From Ancylonema sp. (lineage: Eukaryota), in NCBI GenBank assembly GCA_050230475.1, contig JBFLGF010000033.1, positions 62,001 to 122,481 on the forward strand: a stretch of DNA of 60,481 nucleotides, read 5' to 3'. Below, in pieces: positions 43,218-56,521 of the stretch (position 1 is its first letter; each line of letters starts with the position of its first letter). Both the position numbers and the translations under genes were made by a program. The notes beneath the pieces are model-generated. The model searched no databases and had not been told where the DNA came from. It saw only the letters and a program-made list of their open reading frames with translations.

Positions 43218-44891
43218 TGGCCTCAACTTCTTGCCGTAGCTTGCTGCCTACATGCCAATATATTGCCAGCAGTCATTCACAAGAAGTGTAAATTCGAGCT
43301 CTGCGAACTACTACATTTCTTCAAAGAAATTCACTCCTCAGTAGAGTAAGAAGGTTTGCTGCCCCGAGGCTTAGTCAAGCGCCAAGTTGCGCTGCGCGTG
43401 GAGATCCGGCAGAGACGAATGGGGATGCCAGGTTTGATACTGTAGCCACCTACTTGGATGTCTTTTGAAAGCACCGAAACCGCTTTCTAACAATGTCGCT
43501 GGAACTTGATAATATGCAGTGCTCCGAGCGGGACCAGCAGTGGCCCCAGCAGCAGCGCTGAAGATTTAAGCACAAGCTTCGCAAATTTCTGTATTATTGA
43601 GGGCCGGGACACAGTGCAAGATTTTGCACGTATGCAACTGGAAGAAATAAGAGACAATATAGCCTCTCGCCGCAATCGGATATTTCTTTTGATGGAAGAG
43701 GTGAGCTGTGCTTGCATGGCCATTGCCAGCGCGATGGCCCTGGGTTCTAAAGCTGGTGACTCTGCTTGGCCTCAGGTGCGCAGATTGCGAATTCAGCAGC
43801 GGATTAAAGCTAGGGAACAAAACGCGTTGACCCTGGGGGTGGAAGAAGAAATGCCTGAATATCCCTCCTCCATTCCCTTCCTCCCTCCCCTCGTAAGCGG
43901 TGTCCCGATGACATTGGAAGTCTCTGTCACAGGCCTTCTGGCAGGGTCTAATTGTTTCTTGGTATGTCTGGATTCAGACAATCGCCACCTTGCAACAATA
44001 TTACGGTTTCTACTTCCTCATTGTCGGCATCATCATCGCATTCGGTGGTTACGTTGCGCCTATTGTAAGCCAAGCTCGTGCTGGCAGCCCTGCAGGCCAA
44101 CTCTGGCCGTATTTACAACACAGCTGCTTCCAGGAAGCTTAGACCTGAGGCTGCAGCTTTTGAGTGCCTGCAGGGTCGGGTTGGGCATTGCAGCTTACGC
44201 TGAAGCTGGGCATAGGGGGGACATCATATGAAGACTTCATCCGGAGTACAAACCTGCCGATGCAGCTCAGGTGGGCCCCAGCTTGGGCAACTTCAGGATA
44301 GGATCCTAGACCGGCTGGCAGCGATACCATCAGTATGTTAACTCTCATTGCTTGGTTCTTGTGTGGAATGTATGCAGTCAGGTGGATCCCATTGTTGCTT
44401 CCTTCTCTGGGGGTGCCGTTGGTGTCATCTCAGCCCTCATGGTGGTGGAGATCAACAATGTGAAGCAGCAAGAGCACAAGCGCTGCAAGTACTGTCAGGG
44501 GACCGGTATGTGAACACCAACCATCTTCTGAGTCTGAGAAAGAGCGTCCAATGGTCTGATAGTTGCTTTCCCTTGCAGGGTACCTCGCCTGCGCAAGATG
44601 CTCAGGCACAGGGGCGCTCATATCCGCGGAAGGGAGTGAGGGCACTATGCTGAAGGCGGTGGCTGGATCAAGGTGCCCCAACTGTGCTGGGTCAGCGAAA
44701 GTAAGCACCAACTCGGTTCCTTGTTGAGTTGAGCTTTTTGTCAGCTTTTTGTCAGCTTGCATCAGCTTGCGTCAGCTCGAGTTCTGACAAACAGAGTGTG
44801 GTACGTGGTGCAGGTGATGTGTCCAACCTGTCTATGCACCGGCATGGCCTTGGCTACGGAGCACGACCCGCGAATCGACCCCTTTGACTAA
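43218..44891 (+). CDS. OR: ORANGE (OR) DnaJ-type zinc-finger chaperone
   Basis: NFCIIEGRDTVQDFARMQLEEIRDNIASRRNRIFLLMEEVRRLRIQQR; SSIPFLPPL; LKLGIGGTSYEDFI; VDPIVASFSGGAVGVISALMVVEINNVKQQEHKRCKYCQGTG; CPTCLCTGMALATEHDPRIDPFD*. Confidence 0.97.
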
Positions 44892-45513
44892 TTGCACAAA
44901 TTGTTTCAACTAATAATCCACTCGTGTGGCAGTCTGAATGCAATGACTTCGAGTGTGGAACCCCATCGTCAAAACCCAAGAGCCACAATTGGGAGATGTT
45001 TAAAACTTCTTTGAGTCCCCACTCCCATACGAGGCGTTAAGCATGTGAAGCATAGATGAGAGTGAGGATGAGAGCAAATTCGATGCGGTATGAGTGTAGT
45101 GATACTTGGTCGACGTGTGCTGTTATCTTGGGGTTTTCAATCATTTTTCACACAATTGGCCTCGAAACATTCTATGTTGTGTTCCGATACTGGATCTGTG
45201 GTCACTTCAAGACAATGATTAACGCCATCGTGAATCAGTTCCGTGAGGGCCATTTTCAAATGTGTCGCTGTAAGTGAGGTCTATATTCATAAGGAAAGTC
45301 ATTAGCAATCAATTTCCCTTCCCACGTTTTGTAAACCACATCAGAAGACCGACTAGGTATGTTGTCTGCACAAATGATTCTAGGATACACGCGTCGTATC
45401 GGACACGTTTCCGATATCGGGGACCTGATATGGCATGTATTGTATTGCCACGATACGCTCATTATATCGGAGATGCGATACGAATGTCCTTCCAATCTTG
45501 TGTACATGGCTAG

Positions 45514-45910
45514 TACAGTATATACTCGTTGTAGACATACCTTTGAGACGCGGGAAATGTGTCCCTATATCGTGGCCGGGTTTGTGTATATGCATTACAG
45601 GCAAGTTTGATAGGGGCCCTTAGGTCAGATGTGCCTGTAACGAGGGGAATCGAAAACTTTGCTCCCAGATCACGGGAGCGTCTATCATGTCGGTGTAATT
45701 TTTTTGTCATGCAATTTCGACCTAATGGCCGATTGGCGCTCTTACAAGTAAAATTCATTATGACCACTCACATTTAAAAAATGGAGTACCTGACGTGTGT
45801 CGATTTTTCGACACCCCGGTTCTTAGTCGGTTATAACGTCATAACCCGTTATGGGCACCAAATCACCCTTTTTTACACGACTATAACGTGATATGAAGAC
45901 GATTTGTAAA
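45514..45910. mobile_element. Left end and body of the same MITE family as 4985-5159
   Basis: Starts TA|CAGTATATACTCGTTGTAG. The internal ACGTCATAA..CGTTA..GGCAC.AAAT..CCCTTTTT and GAAGACGATTTG blocks are shared with 4988-5075. Confidence 0.55.
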
Positions 45911-46324
45911 GTCGGCATACACGAGTTCGAGCTAAAGTTAGATTGAATTATGAAATCATACTTCTCTTGTTTGGTCTTCACAAAAATATTATCCGGAAAT
46001 ACCTCGCACCTTGCATGCTCCTTTGTGATTCATACCAATATGAGTGCAACTTTAATGGAATCGAAATTTGAGTTCATCTTTTAAAATAGGTGATGGTGTG
46101 TCACGTTGTCCAGACAAGAAGCGCGGGCGGATTGCGCCAACTTGAAGGGTTGTATTCGCTTCAGCCATGTGCACATACTAGCTTCCTGCGTATCTTTGTC
46201 GAACTGGCAAGTTACAAGAGTCCACGACACTTGTCAAAGAGACCTAATCCACACTACAAACATATGCTTTCCTATGCGCGCCAGGGTAAAGTGAAGGCAT
46301 CAAAGTGACACTTGGGTATCCAGA

Positions 46325-46400
46325 TACTCCAAACACTCCAAATACTCCAAGTACTCCAAATACTCCAAATACTCCAAATACTCCAAATACTCCAAATACT
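46325..46400. repeat. 9-bp array (TACTCCAAA)n
   Basis: Directly visible, ~8 units. Confidence 0.92.
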
Positions 46401-46681
46401 TAATAAAATGGCGGAAATTAACTTCTGTAATACTGAATTTTTCACTTTCGGATAGCATCGACGTTGATACCAGACTTGAAATCAAAGGTCCTTCGTTTGT
46501 TCAAGAGCCTTCTTCACAAAGTCGAGAGGGCATTTTTCGGATAAAATATAAATTGTATATTGATCATGCAACCTTCAAATACTCAATTAGTGTACAATAT
46601 TTCATATGCCCCCGTCGAGGATCCACAACAATAAACGCTATGTGACGAATGCTGGCCGTGCTACATGCTGTCTCCACAATC

Positions 46682-48279
46682 TCAAGACGGATTCAAATCA
46701 TTTGGATTCTTTTTGTCCTCTTCCGAGTTATTAACCCCACCCTTTCTTCCTTTCTTCCCATTACCGCCCCCTCGCATCCACAAACTAGAGCTGACATTCT
46801 TTGTAGGCTCCCTTGGTTTTTCTTGCAGGGAGGATAAGGCTGGCCAAGCACCAACGCCAAGTGGCGCTTCCACAGCGACTGTGTCTTCGATGCCTAACAC
46901 CTTGGATAGATCTGTTGGGAAATCGATGTCCTCTTGCTCCACTCTTTGATCAGGATGCGCCGACAAAATGGTCATGATACGAAAAATGGCTCTGGCAGTG
47001 CCTCTGGAGTATGGAGAGACATCGCGCAAAGGAAGGAGCAGTAAGAATGCGACAAATGACGGGTTACCATAGGGAGGAATCTGGAAAAAAAGTATTGTCG
47101 CTTACGTCCACTTCTAGGGTACAACACAATTATTGGCTAATACTTTTTTAATTTTTTTGGTCCTCGCTGAATAATGATTTGTCTGTACAAATTTGTTTTT
47201 AAACTTGGAATTTGTATTAGATCCTGTGATTTTGAATCAAAGAGCATTCTCAATTGTCAATACATGCACATCTTGACTTAAAACTTATGAAAAAAATGAA
47301 AAAAAAATGGAAAAAAAATGGAAAAAAAAATGGTAGTGCAATATCCAGAATTTCCCAAAATCTGATATTCAGACCTCCATGTAATATATCAAGCTTTTGA
47401 CAATCGAATAAGCTTGCATCAGGCAGCATCCAAACCCTCCCTTTTTGCCACAAAAAAGTACGATGCTCACGTGCTGTGCTCGAATACGTAGCTGTGGTGC
47501 GTTGAGACAGCCTCCAAATTCGCCACCAGATTATCGTATATGTGTTGCACCGAGTTCTTGGCACATTCTCGGTCGTGCAAGTAGAGAGCATCTGCAGCAA
47601 ACACGCGCCTTGCGTTGCTCCAAGGGCGAGAGAGGGTGGGAACTACAGCGGAGCGACCGTAGATGAGGATCTGCACCCAAAAAAAAGAAGCGGATATGAC
47701 ATGAGAGAGCAAGCGGGTTGAGCTTGGTGGTGCTTGTAGCTCTTCAAAGAAATAAAAAATACGACCATGTTCTGTTTCACTGCTCCAAAAAGGTTCCTGA
47801 TAAAAGTCTACTAGTCTCTCTACACAACCCACAAAGAGGCTCTGGGCTGAGAGTGGATGAGTCTGCTCGCATTCGGTTCGCACAGAATTCGTTACACACA
47901 GAGAGGTGTCAAGAAAGGGACCAGAAAAATAAGAAAAAATATTTGAGAAGAATAAGAAGAAGGAGAGGAGGAAGAAGAAGAAGCGGTGAGAGAGGGTGCT
48001 GCATGGCAATCAACGACATGAAAAAAAATATAAAATAAAACTTGAAGAATGTCAACGGAATCAATTTGACACTTCGTCTTTACAGTGGCAGAGGCAGACT
48101 GACATTTGCAAAGGCTCCTCACTTGATGATCATGAAAAGTGCAGTGCCTCCAGATGGGATCACAAACGACACCTTCCTTTGCTGCACTTCTACACAACAA
48201 TGGCAGCTTTCTACATTTTACAGTAATATAATATATAAGGATTATATATATATACATATATATAGACATATATATATAT

Positions 48280-48342
<63 letters not shown>

Positions 48343-49459
48343 ATATAAGGAGTGCTTGGAAGGGTACCAATCGTGTGAGTCTGCCCTGCTCCAGGCCCTG
48401 CACGCCCGCTGCACCTGCCATCTGAAAAAGAGGCGAGAGGTCGCAGACGGGATGGGTCCCGGTGGAGCGGATGTTGCGGATGGCACTGCTGATGACTGCC
48501 ACGTCAGAGCTGAAGCTGGGCATGACCTGGAGGGAGGCAGAACCCCCAATTGCTGGTGAGGGCTAACACTGCTTAGTGTTATGATGGGCATGTCGTGGGG
48601 GTATCAGTTTTCAGACAAAGGGTTGCGCGCTCTCTCACAGTGCAAAGGGCCAGGACGGGTCTCAACAGACTGTTGTTGTTACGTCAGGGTTTGAAATTGA
48701 AGACGCATGATGGCTGAGACGTGTACGTTAGAGCTGTAGGAAAAACCGCCGGTCACCTTTTCCAATACTTGCTCTATGCTCTATTCGAGTCCTTTTGGGT
48801 GCAGTACAGAATCCATTCGCAGGTCCCAAGTGGTGCAGGTAACAAGTGGGGCAGCTCACCCAAGAGAACTTTTCGCCGATAGTGGCGAGGCGGAAACGGT
48901 GGCGAGAATCCATCTGCAGCTTGGCATAGACGAGGAGGAGGAGGCCCTGGCGGATGGCATTCATTCGAGAGATCCCCTGAGGCGTGGGTATGCCATTGCC
49001 CCCTACCCGACTGCCTGGGGGAGGAGCAGCCGAGGGTTTGAGGTCCGAATCGACTTCCCGATCGAGGTCCACGCACATAATTATATCTTCGGGCAGGAAA
49101 GGTGTGGGTCGTATGAAGATGACAGGAGACGGAGGGGAGGATGGAAGAGACGAGCTGTGAGCGAGCAGGGCTGCAGCTGGAGTGTCATCTGTGGGTTGCT
49201 GCTTGGAAGCGGCAGCTAAGGACTGCGACCGAGTTTGACGCTGAGGATATGTGGAAAGAGGAGGTACTGAAGATTTCGTATGGGGAGCAGGGACTGCGGG
49301 GGACAATGAGCGTTTCATTTGTGCGGGAAGAGAGTCTTGCCTGAGGTCTGCATCGCCTGGGTGAGGTGAGGATTGCGCCTGATCGGCTAAAACTGGTGTG
49401 TACTGCGGGCGATCATCTATGGCGTGAGTATATACAACATGCCCTGGCGGGGACGCCAT
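46682..49459 (-). CDS. BABAM1: BRISC and BRCA1-A complex member 1 (MERIT40/NBA1), vWA-like domain
   Basis: PEDIIMCVDLD...SRMNAIRQGLLLLVYAKLQMDSRHRF / FSSDV..CDLSPLF / ILIYGRS..DALYLHD..VQHIYDNL..SYVFE / MTILSAHPDQRVEQED. Confidence 0.88.
48243..48337. repeat. Intronic (TA)n microsatellite
   Basis: The array is directly visible. Confidence 0.97.
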
Positions 49460-49763
49460 GTGGATAGACCGCTACTGCAGGCGAGAGTCCAATGTCACAT
49501 GTAAGCCGACGCTAAGCTAAGTTGTGGAATCCTGTTCTGACACAGGTGACACCGTCAAATGCAAGCTCATGAACAGTTACATGGACAGGGAGCACTTCGA
49601 CAACCACAGAATGGGTGGAGAGGACCGCTCTCCGACAATATACTGTAGGTTTGACTTTCAGTCGACCGTCCTTGACAAACCATCGACCTATCTGCCCATC
49701 TCAGCATGTTTCATGAGGTGCCGGGTTGCTATTGCTACATGCTAGAGCATGGTTGATGGACGA

Positions 49764-49851
49764 TCACTTTTCGTCATCACTTTTCGTCATCACTTTTCGT
49801 CATCACTTTTCGTCATCACTTTTCGTCATCACTTTTCGTCATCACTTTTCG
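49764..49851. repeat. 13-bp array (TCACTTTTCGTCA)n, ~6.5 units
   Basis: The array is directly visible. Confidence 0.95.
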
Positions 49852-49889
49852 ATGAAAACCTCCGGTTAACGGCGTGAAGTGAAATTAGA

Positions 49890-49928
49890 TGACAGTGTAT
49901 ATTATTGAAAAACGACGGGAACCTTATG
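49890..49928 (-). mobile_element. Extreme 3'-end remnant of the RLE retrotransposon family
   Basis: The reverse complement GGTTCCCGTCGTTTTTCAATAATATACACT matches 19084-19113 and 55626-55656. Confidence 0.65.
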
Positions 49929-50192
49929 AAATTGGGTATCGAGATATCAATAAATGAAACCCAAGTTTTCACGAAAAAGTGATCGCCAGAAAGAGCCCGA
50001 TTTTATGATCATATCACTGGGTTTCGATCGTACCCCTTTCGTATTTCTTCGTACCCCTCGATCGGTCACGCGAGCGAAACCGTACTCAGACGCGACTGTG
50101 TCTCAGCTTCACCCCTGACAGCCACAATGATCGCAATTCACAAAGCAGCCCAAAACTTACTGTTTTGGATCTGGTGCCATGTAGATTTATGG

Positions 50193-53100
50193 CTGTCGGA
50201 CAGTATACGATCGGGGGCCTAGATGGTGATTTGTCGCGGGCACGAGGAAATGTGCCTATATGGTGATATAGTGTGGGCACGGGTATTTGCATCTATACGA
50301 TAATATGGCATATGCGCGTGTCGGACTATATTAGATCGTGTGCTTGTATTGTGAAGATTTGAGCTTATAAGACGCGAGTGCTTATAAGATAAATGGTGCC
50401 TAATTGACGCGATAGACTTACGCGATGAAATATGCCTATACGGTGAGGTGTGCTTATAAGACAAGAGTGTCTATAACGATATAAGGCGACTCTACGGTGT
50501 TGTACTTTGTACGATGAACATTATGCGGGTACGGGTACTTGCGGCTTTAGTTGTGTTCTGCAAGCGCGTGGGTATTCCTTGATAAGTTTCGTGAAGTGAC
50601 ACGTGTCCCTTGGACGTATTTAACTTTATGTGTGTCGGACAGAATCTAAGGCCGTAGTTAGACGAAACGGTATGATTGCTCCGCCACCTACGGCACATAT
50701 GGCGGCACCTAGAACGGACTGTGCTGACACCTACATTACCAGCCAGCTTAGGCAGAGAGCTTCCTTGTAAACTCGCTTGCAAGATTCACGTCGCGTTAAA
50801 GGCGTCGTAAGTCGGCATCAAGTGGCGAGAAGACGACAAGGCAAGATGGGTCAGCTTGCGACTTTTGTACACGCTGGGCTGTAGTTGCGCGCCGCCAGCA
50901 TGACGTTTAAGTGGTCTCTTTTAACATCTTGCCAGTTCAAGTGAGGTAGAGGGTAATATTTGTCCTAGCGTGCTAATCTCTAAGTGGATGAGTTAGTAAG
51001 TCGGCTAGTTGAGTCGGCTGAGCCGGCGCCGAAAATCGATACGGCAGGATAGGAAGATGCCTTGCTACTTGCATGATCCACTAGCTGAGGCCCCTATATA
51101 AACTAGTAACATATTGATGGGACCTCATTCGGTCCTATCGCACCTCGGGAACCGCTGATTGATTTGCTACTATCCTTGTACAATCGACTCTCGTGTTCAG
51201 GCTGGCATTTCATTGTGTGTGAATTCTTTGTGCATTTCCTTTACACTATTGTCAAGTTTCGAAACACTCTACGTTCAGACCACTGGCACTGCCTTGCCAT
51301 AGGTAGACTAGAAAATAAATCTTAGCATGTGCTAGACTCGCTTTGGGCGTGTGCTATGTTCATTGTTAGCGCGCACGTGTGTGACGCGAGCCTCGACTAG
51401 GCTAAGTTGTAATACAACGACATTCCATGTGATACAACGACACATAATTCGCACGTGCATTTCACTCATTACAACGATGATTGTTATATCGAATATGTTA
51501 CACGTGTGAATGGTCCCAATGGTAAATGACACGACACGCGCGTGCAAGTATTTATCGAACAGTTTCGTTTCGCGATGGAACGCTTTATTTATCGTAGTAG
51601 TAAAAACGTCATGATTGCACAGCCACCTGCGGCACCACGTTTAGTCGATCAGCTGCAGCTCCACATACGCATTACGAACAATTTACAAGATGCAGTGACA
51701 TCACGTTAAGGTTAGTGTATTTAGTAAAAGCCGGTAGTACATTTTTAGATAATGACAAAGCTCGGCGTTTTCATTTCTGTCATCGGATGTACATTTGGCA
51801 GTAGATAGCGGACGTCGGCTACGTAGTTTTACAGCAGGAGCTATCTTGTGGCAACTATGCATTGTATCCAGCTGTAGAAGTGATCTAGGTGACGTTGCTA
51901 CCTCAATATTTGGCTAGGAATGGAGTAGCAAGCATGTCAGTCAACTAGTCAACTTAACGACGCCGCAAAACGATTGTAGACGCCTAGGCACCCGAAAAAC
52001 AATAAAATTTGTAACCTTTGCACTCGGTCCTCATTCGGTCTGAGTGCACTTCGGGAACCACTGCCCAATTTGCACTAGCCATCTTGTTCATTGTCTTTTT
52101 GCTTTTGAGGGAGTTCGGCTGGCATGTGAACGTGCATTCTTGAACAATGGGAATGTGCATATGGTTGCGTGATTTGCATTTGATATAGATCCATTAAACA
52201 TCAACCTTTGCGACACCCAACGCTCCGGACACGCTACGTCCAGACCCTAGCATTGCCTTGCCATAGGGCAAACCAGTGATTTACAGTTGGTATGCGTTAT
52301 AGACTAGTGAGGTGTTGGCGGTAACCATGTGTTGTATCGCATGAGTATGGTGCGGATCTTGACTATATCGTGTAGCTTGTGTGAGCGAACACGTGCGCAG
52401 TAAAGAAGTGTTTCGCATGCGTATGGTGCGTTTGACGATGAGGTTCTTTATAATGATGGTGCGACATGTGTGCGTGTGGCACGATGCTAGATGGCACGAC
52501 ATGGCTGATTGGGGGCCCGCGATGTGTTCGAAAAGAATGAAGACGAGTTTGCAAAATGGGCGGTCGGATGGGACGCTGCTCACGACGCGATATGTGCTGT
52601 GGCTAGGCGCGAATAAGCTGAGTAGGGTAAAGAGAGAGAAACTCAGGTTGCTAGAGAGAATAGAAACGGGTGGTCGTAAACGCAAACAGGCGAGACCCCA
52701 TAATAAAGCCTACAATAGCATCATCGATGATTATTTACTACATATAGGATCGTGCACGAGGTTGTTCCGCCCTTCTTTGATCTGCCAAAATTTCATAGAT
52801 GTTTATAGTTTCTAAGCTGTTTGTGCGACTTCTGGACGAGATCACGGATACGGATACTAGGTACGAGAGTCTATGCGGGGGTATGATGTTGTCGTGCCAT
52901 TAAGCATCGTGCACCATTCACACGTGTAACCCATTCGATATAACGAACACTGTTATAATGAGTGTGAATCACGTGCGAATTATGTGTCGTCTCATCACAT
53001 GTAGTGTCAACATATGGAATCATGACCTAGTCGAGGTCCGCTACACACACGTGCGCGCGAATAAAGAACATTGTGCAAGCATAACGCAAGTCTACCACAT

Positions 53101-54159
53101 ATCAAATATTATTTTCTAGTCTACCTATGGCAAGGCGTTGCCGTTGGTCTGAACGTAGAGTGTTCGAAACTTATGAATGGTATAAGATTGCAATGCACGA
53201 TCAAACGAGATCTGAAATGAATTCACACCAATCGAGAAATGCCAGCCGAACGCCGAACACAGTAACAGAATGGAAGTTAATTGCTCAGCGGTTCCCGAGG
53301 AGTGGTAAGACCGATTGAGGTCTGATCACTCAGGTTACAAAATTTATAGAACTCAGCTAGCAAACGTATGCTAGTTACAAGGAAGCTACCCTTCCTGCCG
53401 TATCGACTTACGGCGCCAGCTCGGCGGTTTTAGCTAGCCGACTTACTAGTTTATCCAATCGTAAACTAGCACGCTAAGACAGATGGTGCAACATGTTTTA
53501 CTCGAGCTGAGAAGATGTTAAACTAAAATACTGCAGTAGTTTCGTATGCGCACAGCTACTGACCAGTATCCGCATAAGTCACAAAATGGCCCTTCACGCC
53601 TTGTCGCCTTCCCGCAACTTAGATGCTAACTTACGGCGCCTTTAACGAGATGCGAATATTGCTAGTTGCTGACGGAGGAACTTGTACGCTGAGCTGACAG
53701 TGGCCTGGTAACGCAGCTGTCAGTACAGTCCGTCTTTGCTGCCGCCAAATGTGCCGTAGGTGGCGGAACAATTATCCCGTTCGGTCTAACTAGGGCCTTA
53801 GATCCCTTTTACGCCACTAATGACAAATTCGTCCAAGGGACACGTGTCACTTCGAAAAATTTCGAGAAACAACCACGCGTATTCCGAATTTGAAATATAG
53901 TCGGGAATATTCGTACCCGTGTTACATCACCGAATAAGCACATCCGCTAAGTAAGCACTTCTACCTTATAAGCGTTCACCAGCGTTATAAGTAGCTCTGA
54001 GCATATAGGCACACTTCACAGTTTAGGCGTTTTCACCATATAGGTCCTCTCACCGTATAGGCACACTTATAGTAAAGGCATTCTCACTTCAGAGGCGCTT
54101 CTCACCGTATAAGCGCTAATCCTCATTATAAAGGCACACGATCTAATGTTGTCCGACAG
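50193..54159. mobile_element. Non-autonomous long-inverted-repeat (foldback-like) structure with an internal third copy
   Basis: Termini CTGTCGGACA...TGTCCGACAG|TA. Perfect inverted anchors at 50594-50616/53830-53852 and 51292-51318/53109-53135. Subterminal TATAGGC/TATAAGC repeats. No transposase ORF. Confidence 0.75.
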
Positions 54160-54319
54160 TACTGTGGGTGAGAGAATGGTGCCTCTGCCCTCCAGAAACT
54201 CACTACTGTGATGCGCCAATTGGCATATGGGGTGTCATTTGATGCTATGAAGGAGTACGCCGGGGAGTAGCGAGGAAAGCGCTATACGAGAAGTGATCGT
54301 CCACAAAGCATAATGCAAA

Positions 54320-55660
54320 CTTGTGGCACGCGCTACTTGCGGATATCTTTGGGGGTGTTCCCGTTTTGTCTGAGGAGGAGCTTCGTCAGCCAGCGTCCCA
54401 GGCTCGCCTTCCGATTGCTTATGGGGGGTTGGGTTTGCTCAGTACCACGGTCCTAGCCCCCATTGCATTGTTGGGATCATTTGCGCTCGCCGCGCCTGCA
54501 CTTTAGTCACCTTTTCAGCAGCATGGCGAGTCTCTTGGTCCCATTCTACGCAATGTCGCGTTAGGAGCCTTACCTACGCAGCGTGCTCTTTGCGCGGCGA
54601 AGAATGAGCTCGACCCTAAGGCTCGCGAGGTGCTCCCTCCTTTCGATGTCTTGGTCTCCAACCCCCCCCCCCGACTACAGGCTGCCCTTCATGTCGCCAC
54701 CTATGGCGCCAGATTCTATGAGGTTCTAGCGGGAGCAGGCTCTTCAGGGTCACAGGCGCGGATTCGGTCTAAGAGTGGCGCGGGGGCGGGGCATTGGTTA
54801 CAGACACCTATCCTTCCTTCCCTTCGATTTCCCGCCCCTCTCGTCGTGACAGCCCTCCGCCTTCGGCTTGGCCTTCCACATCCCTGTCAGGCGACGTATG
54901 CAGCGTGTTCATGTGGCCACCCGTTGGATCCTCTGGGGACCCACCTTTTGCGCTGCGCTTGTGGAGGAGAGCGCACTTCATCGCATGATTCTGTGCGCGA
55001 TGCGGTCTACCACATCATTCACGAGTCGCGCCAACACGCGCATCATTGGCTTCCTTCCTTCATCGGCTCCCGGGGGGCGCGGAGGGCGTGTCGATATTGT
55101 GATTTCGGATGCTGCGGTGGGGCCCACTTTGGTCGACATTGTTGTTGCAGACCCTACCCGTCGTGATTTGGTGGAGCGCGCCGCTAGACATGACCTCGTC
55201 GCTGCCACAGATGCGGAGCGAAGGAAGGAAACGAGCGAAGGACGGAAACGCCGGGACTAAGTTTGTGCCCTTTGCTCTTGAGACGTACGGTGCTTTGTCT
55301 GTGATAGGTCGGATCGTTTTTTGGTCGAGTGTGCCATGTTAGCTTCTAGAGAGTGTGCAGGATTAGGGCCGTCCATTAGCTTGCTATGCACATGGTTCCG
55401 TCAGAGAGTGTCGATCGCATTGCAGCGGTCGCTAGCGCATGCGATACATGCTAGAACCCTACGTCTAGAGCATGGCCTTGTTACCCCCCCCACCACCGCG
55501 CGTTCCACTTTCTTCTTCGGAGTTGCAGCATTTAGTTGCTAGTTTTGGCTAGAACGTTAGGCTCTCATTTTTGTCGTTTTTAGGATATGTAGTTTCTTTA
55601 CTAGCACGTTCTTGTAATGAGATGGGGTTCTAGTCGTTTTTCAATAATCTACACTCTCAC
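54320..55660 (+). mobile_element. 5'-truncated, frameshifted non-LTR retrotransposon with restriction-like endonuclease (CRE-clade-like)
   Basis: Post-RT motif ARLPIAYGGLGL; ALRLRLGLP; zinc knuckle CSCG..DPLGTHLLRC followed by HDSVRD; RLE motifs RVDIVI..LVDIVVADP..AERRK and FVPFALETYG..QRVSIALQR; then a 3' UTR shared with dispersed remnants. Confidence 0.9.
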
Positions 55661-56048
55661 TCAAACCAGCTTCCTGAAGTTTAGCCGGTTGGCCACCTGG
55701 CTTTTTAAGTTTAATTTTTAACTCTCCCAACACTTGTGTCGACGTTAGAAGGGGATTCTGCTCTAAGAGCATAGTTTATGACCATACCTTTTGAGACCAC
55801 CTTTTCGGTCGTTACCCGGCGGTTAACAAACTAATATGAAACCTTATTTCGCATTGCCTTATTTTTCACACGTATGAAAAAACGTCCCAGTTTATGACCA
55901 CACCATGACCACACCTTATTCGAACCCCCCACGTCATTCTGCATCCGTTCCCCGCCGTTATGTTATGCTCTAGAATTTGTATCCAGCATCTGGAGACGCA
56001 GGCCACTTGGAGACGCAGACGAGTGATCGTTTTCGGTCTGGCGCGAAG

Positions 56049-56118
56049 TATTTCGCGATATTTCGCGATATTTCGCGATATTTCGCGATATTTCGCGATA
56101 TTTCGCGATATTTCGCGA
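56049..56118. repeat. 10-bp near-palindromic array (TATTTCGCGA)n, ~7 units
   Basis: The array is directly visible. Confidence 0.95.
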
Positions 56119-56436
56119 AAAGCAATAATTTCCCACGCGAGAAGAACGCTCGTCGAAGGGAACACGTCCAAAAGGTGGTCTGCCTTTTAAAAGGCAGACC
56201 GCACGATTAGAGCACGATTAGAGGACGATTTTGGCAAAACTGGCCATCTTCCATTCCGGTGTGCCCCAAAAACGTGTTTGAGTTCAGTGTCTAAAACAAA
56301 CATGTTGGTGGGGGGAGGTTGGTTCCCGTAAACCATCTTGGTGGGTGCAGCCGTGTTGGAAATTTGCCAATCCGCAGTCCGCATCTTGTAATGTTTTGTA
56401 TAATTATTTTACATCATGTGTGTAATCTCCTTTCGT

Positions 56437-56509
56437 GGCCGTGTGGCCTAATGGATAAGGCGCTCGCCTCCGGAGCGGGAGATTACGGGTTCGAGTCCCG
56501 TCATGGTCG
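56437..56509 (+). tRNA. tRNA-Arg (anticodon CCG), intronless
   Basis: 73-nt cloverleaf: acceptor GGCCGTG/CATGGTC, D-arm GCCT-AATGGATA-AGGC, anticodon arm CTCGC-CTCCGGA-GCGGG, T-arm ACGGG-TTCGAGT-CCCGT. Confidence 0.95.
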
Positions 56510-56516
56510 GTCATGC

Positions 56517-56521
56517 TTTTT
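56517..56521 (+). terminator. RNA polymerase III oligo-T terminator
   Basis: TTTTT begins 8 nt after the tRNA 3' end. Confidence 0.7.

Noticed and set aside
53140..53172. CTGAACG...GAAAC as a hammerhead ribozyme
   Set aside because: The core lacks CUGANGA, and I could not form the three stems.
53127..53318. 63-aa ORF as a functional Myb/SANT gene
   Set aside because: The similarity is faint and the related copies are frameshifted. Kept only as a hypothesis under findings.
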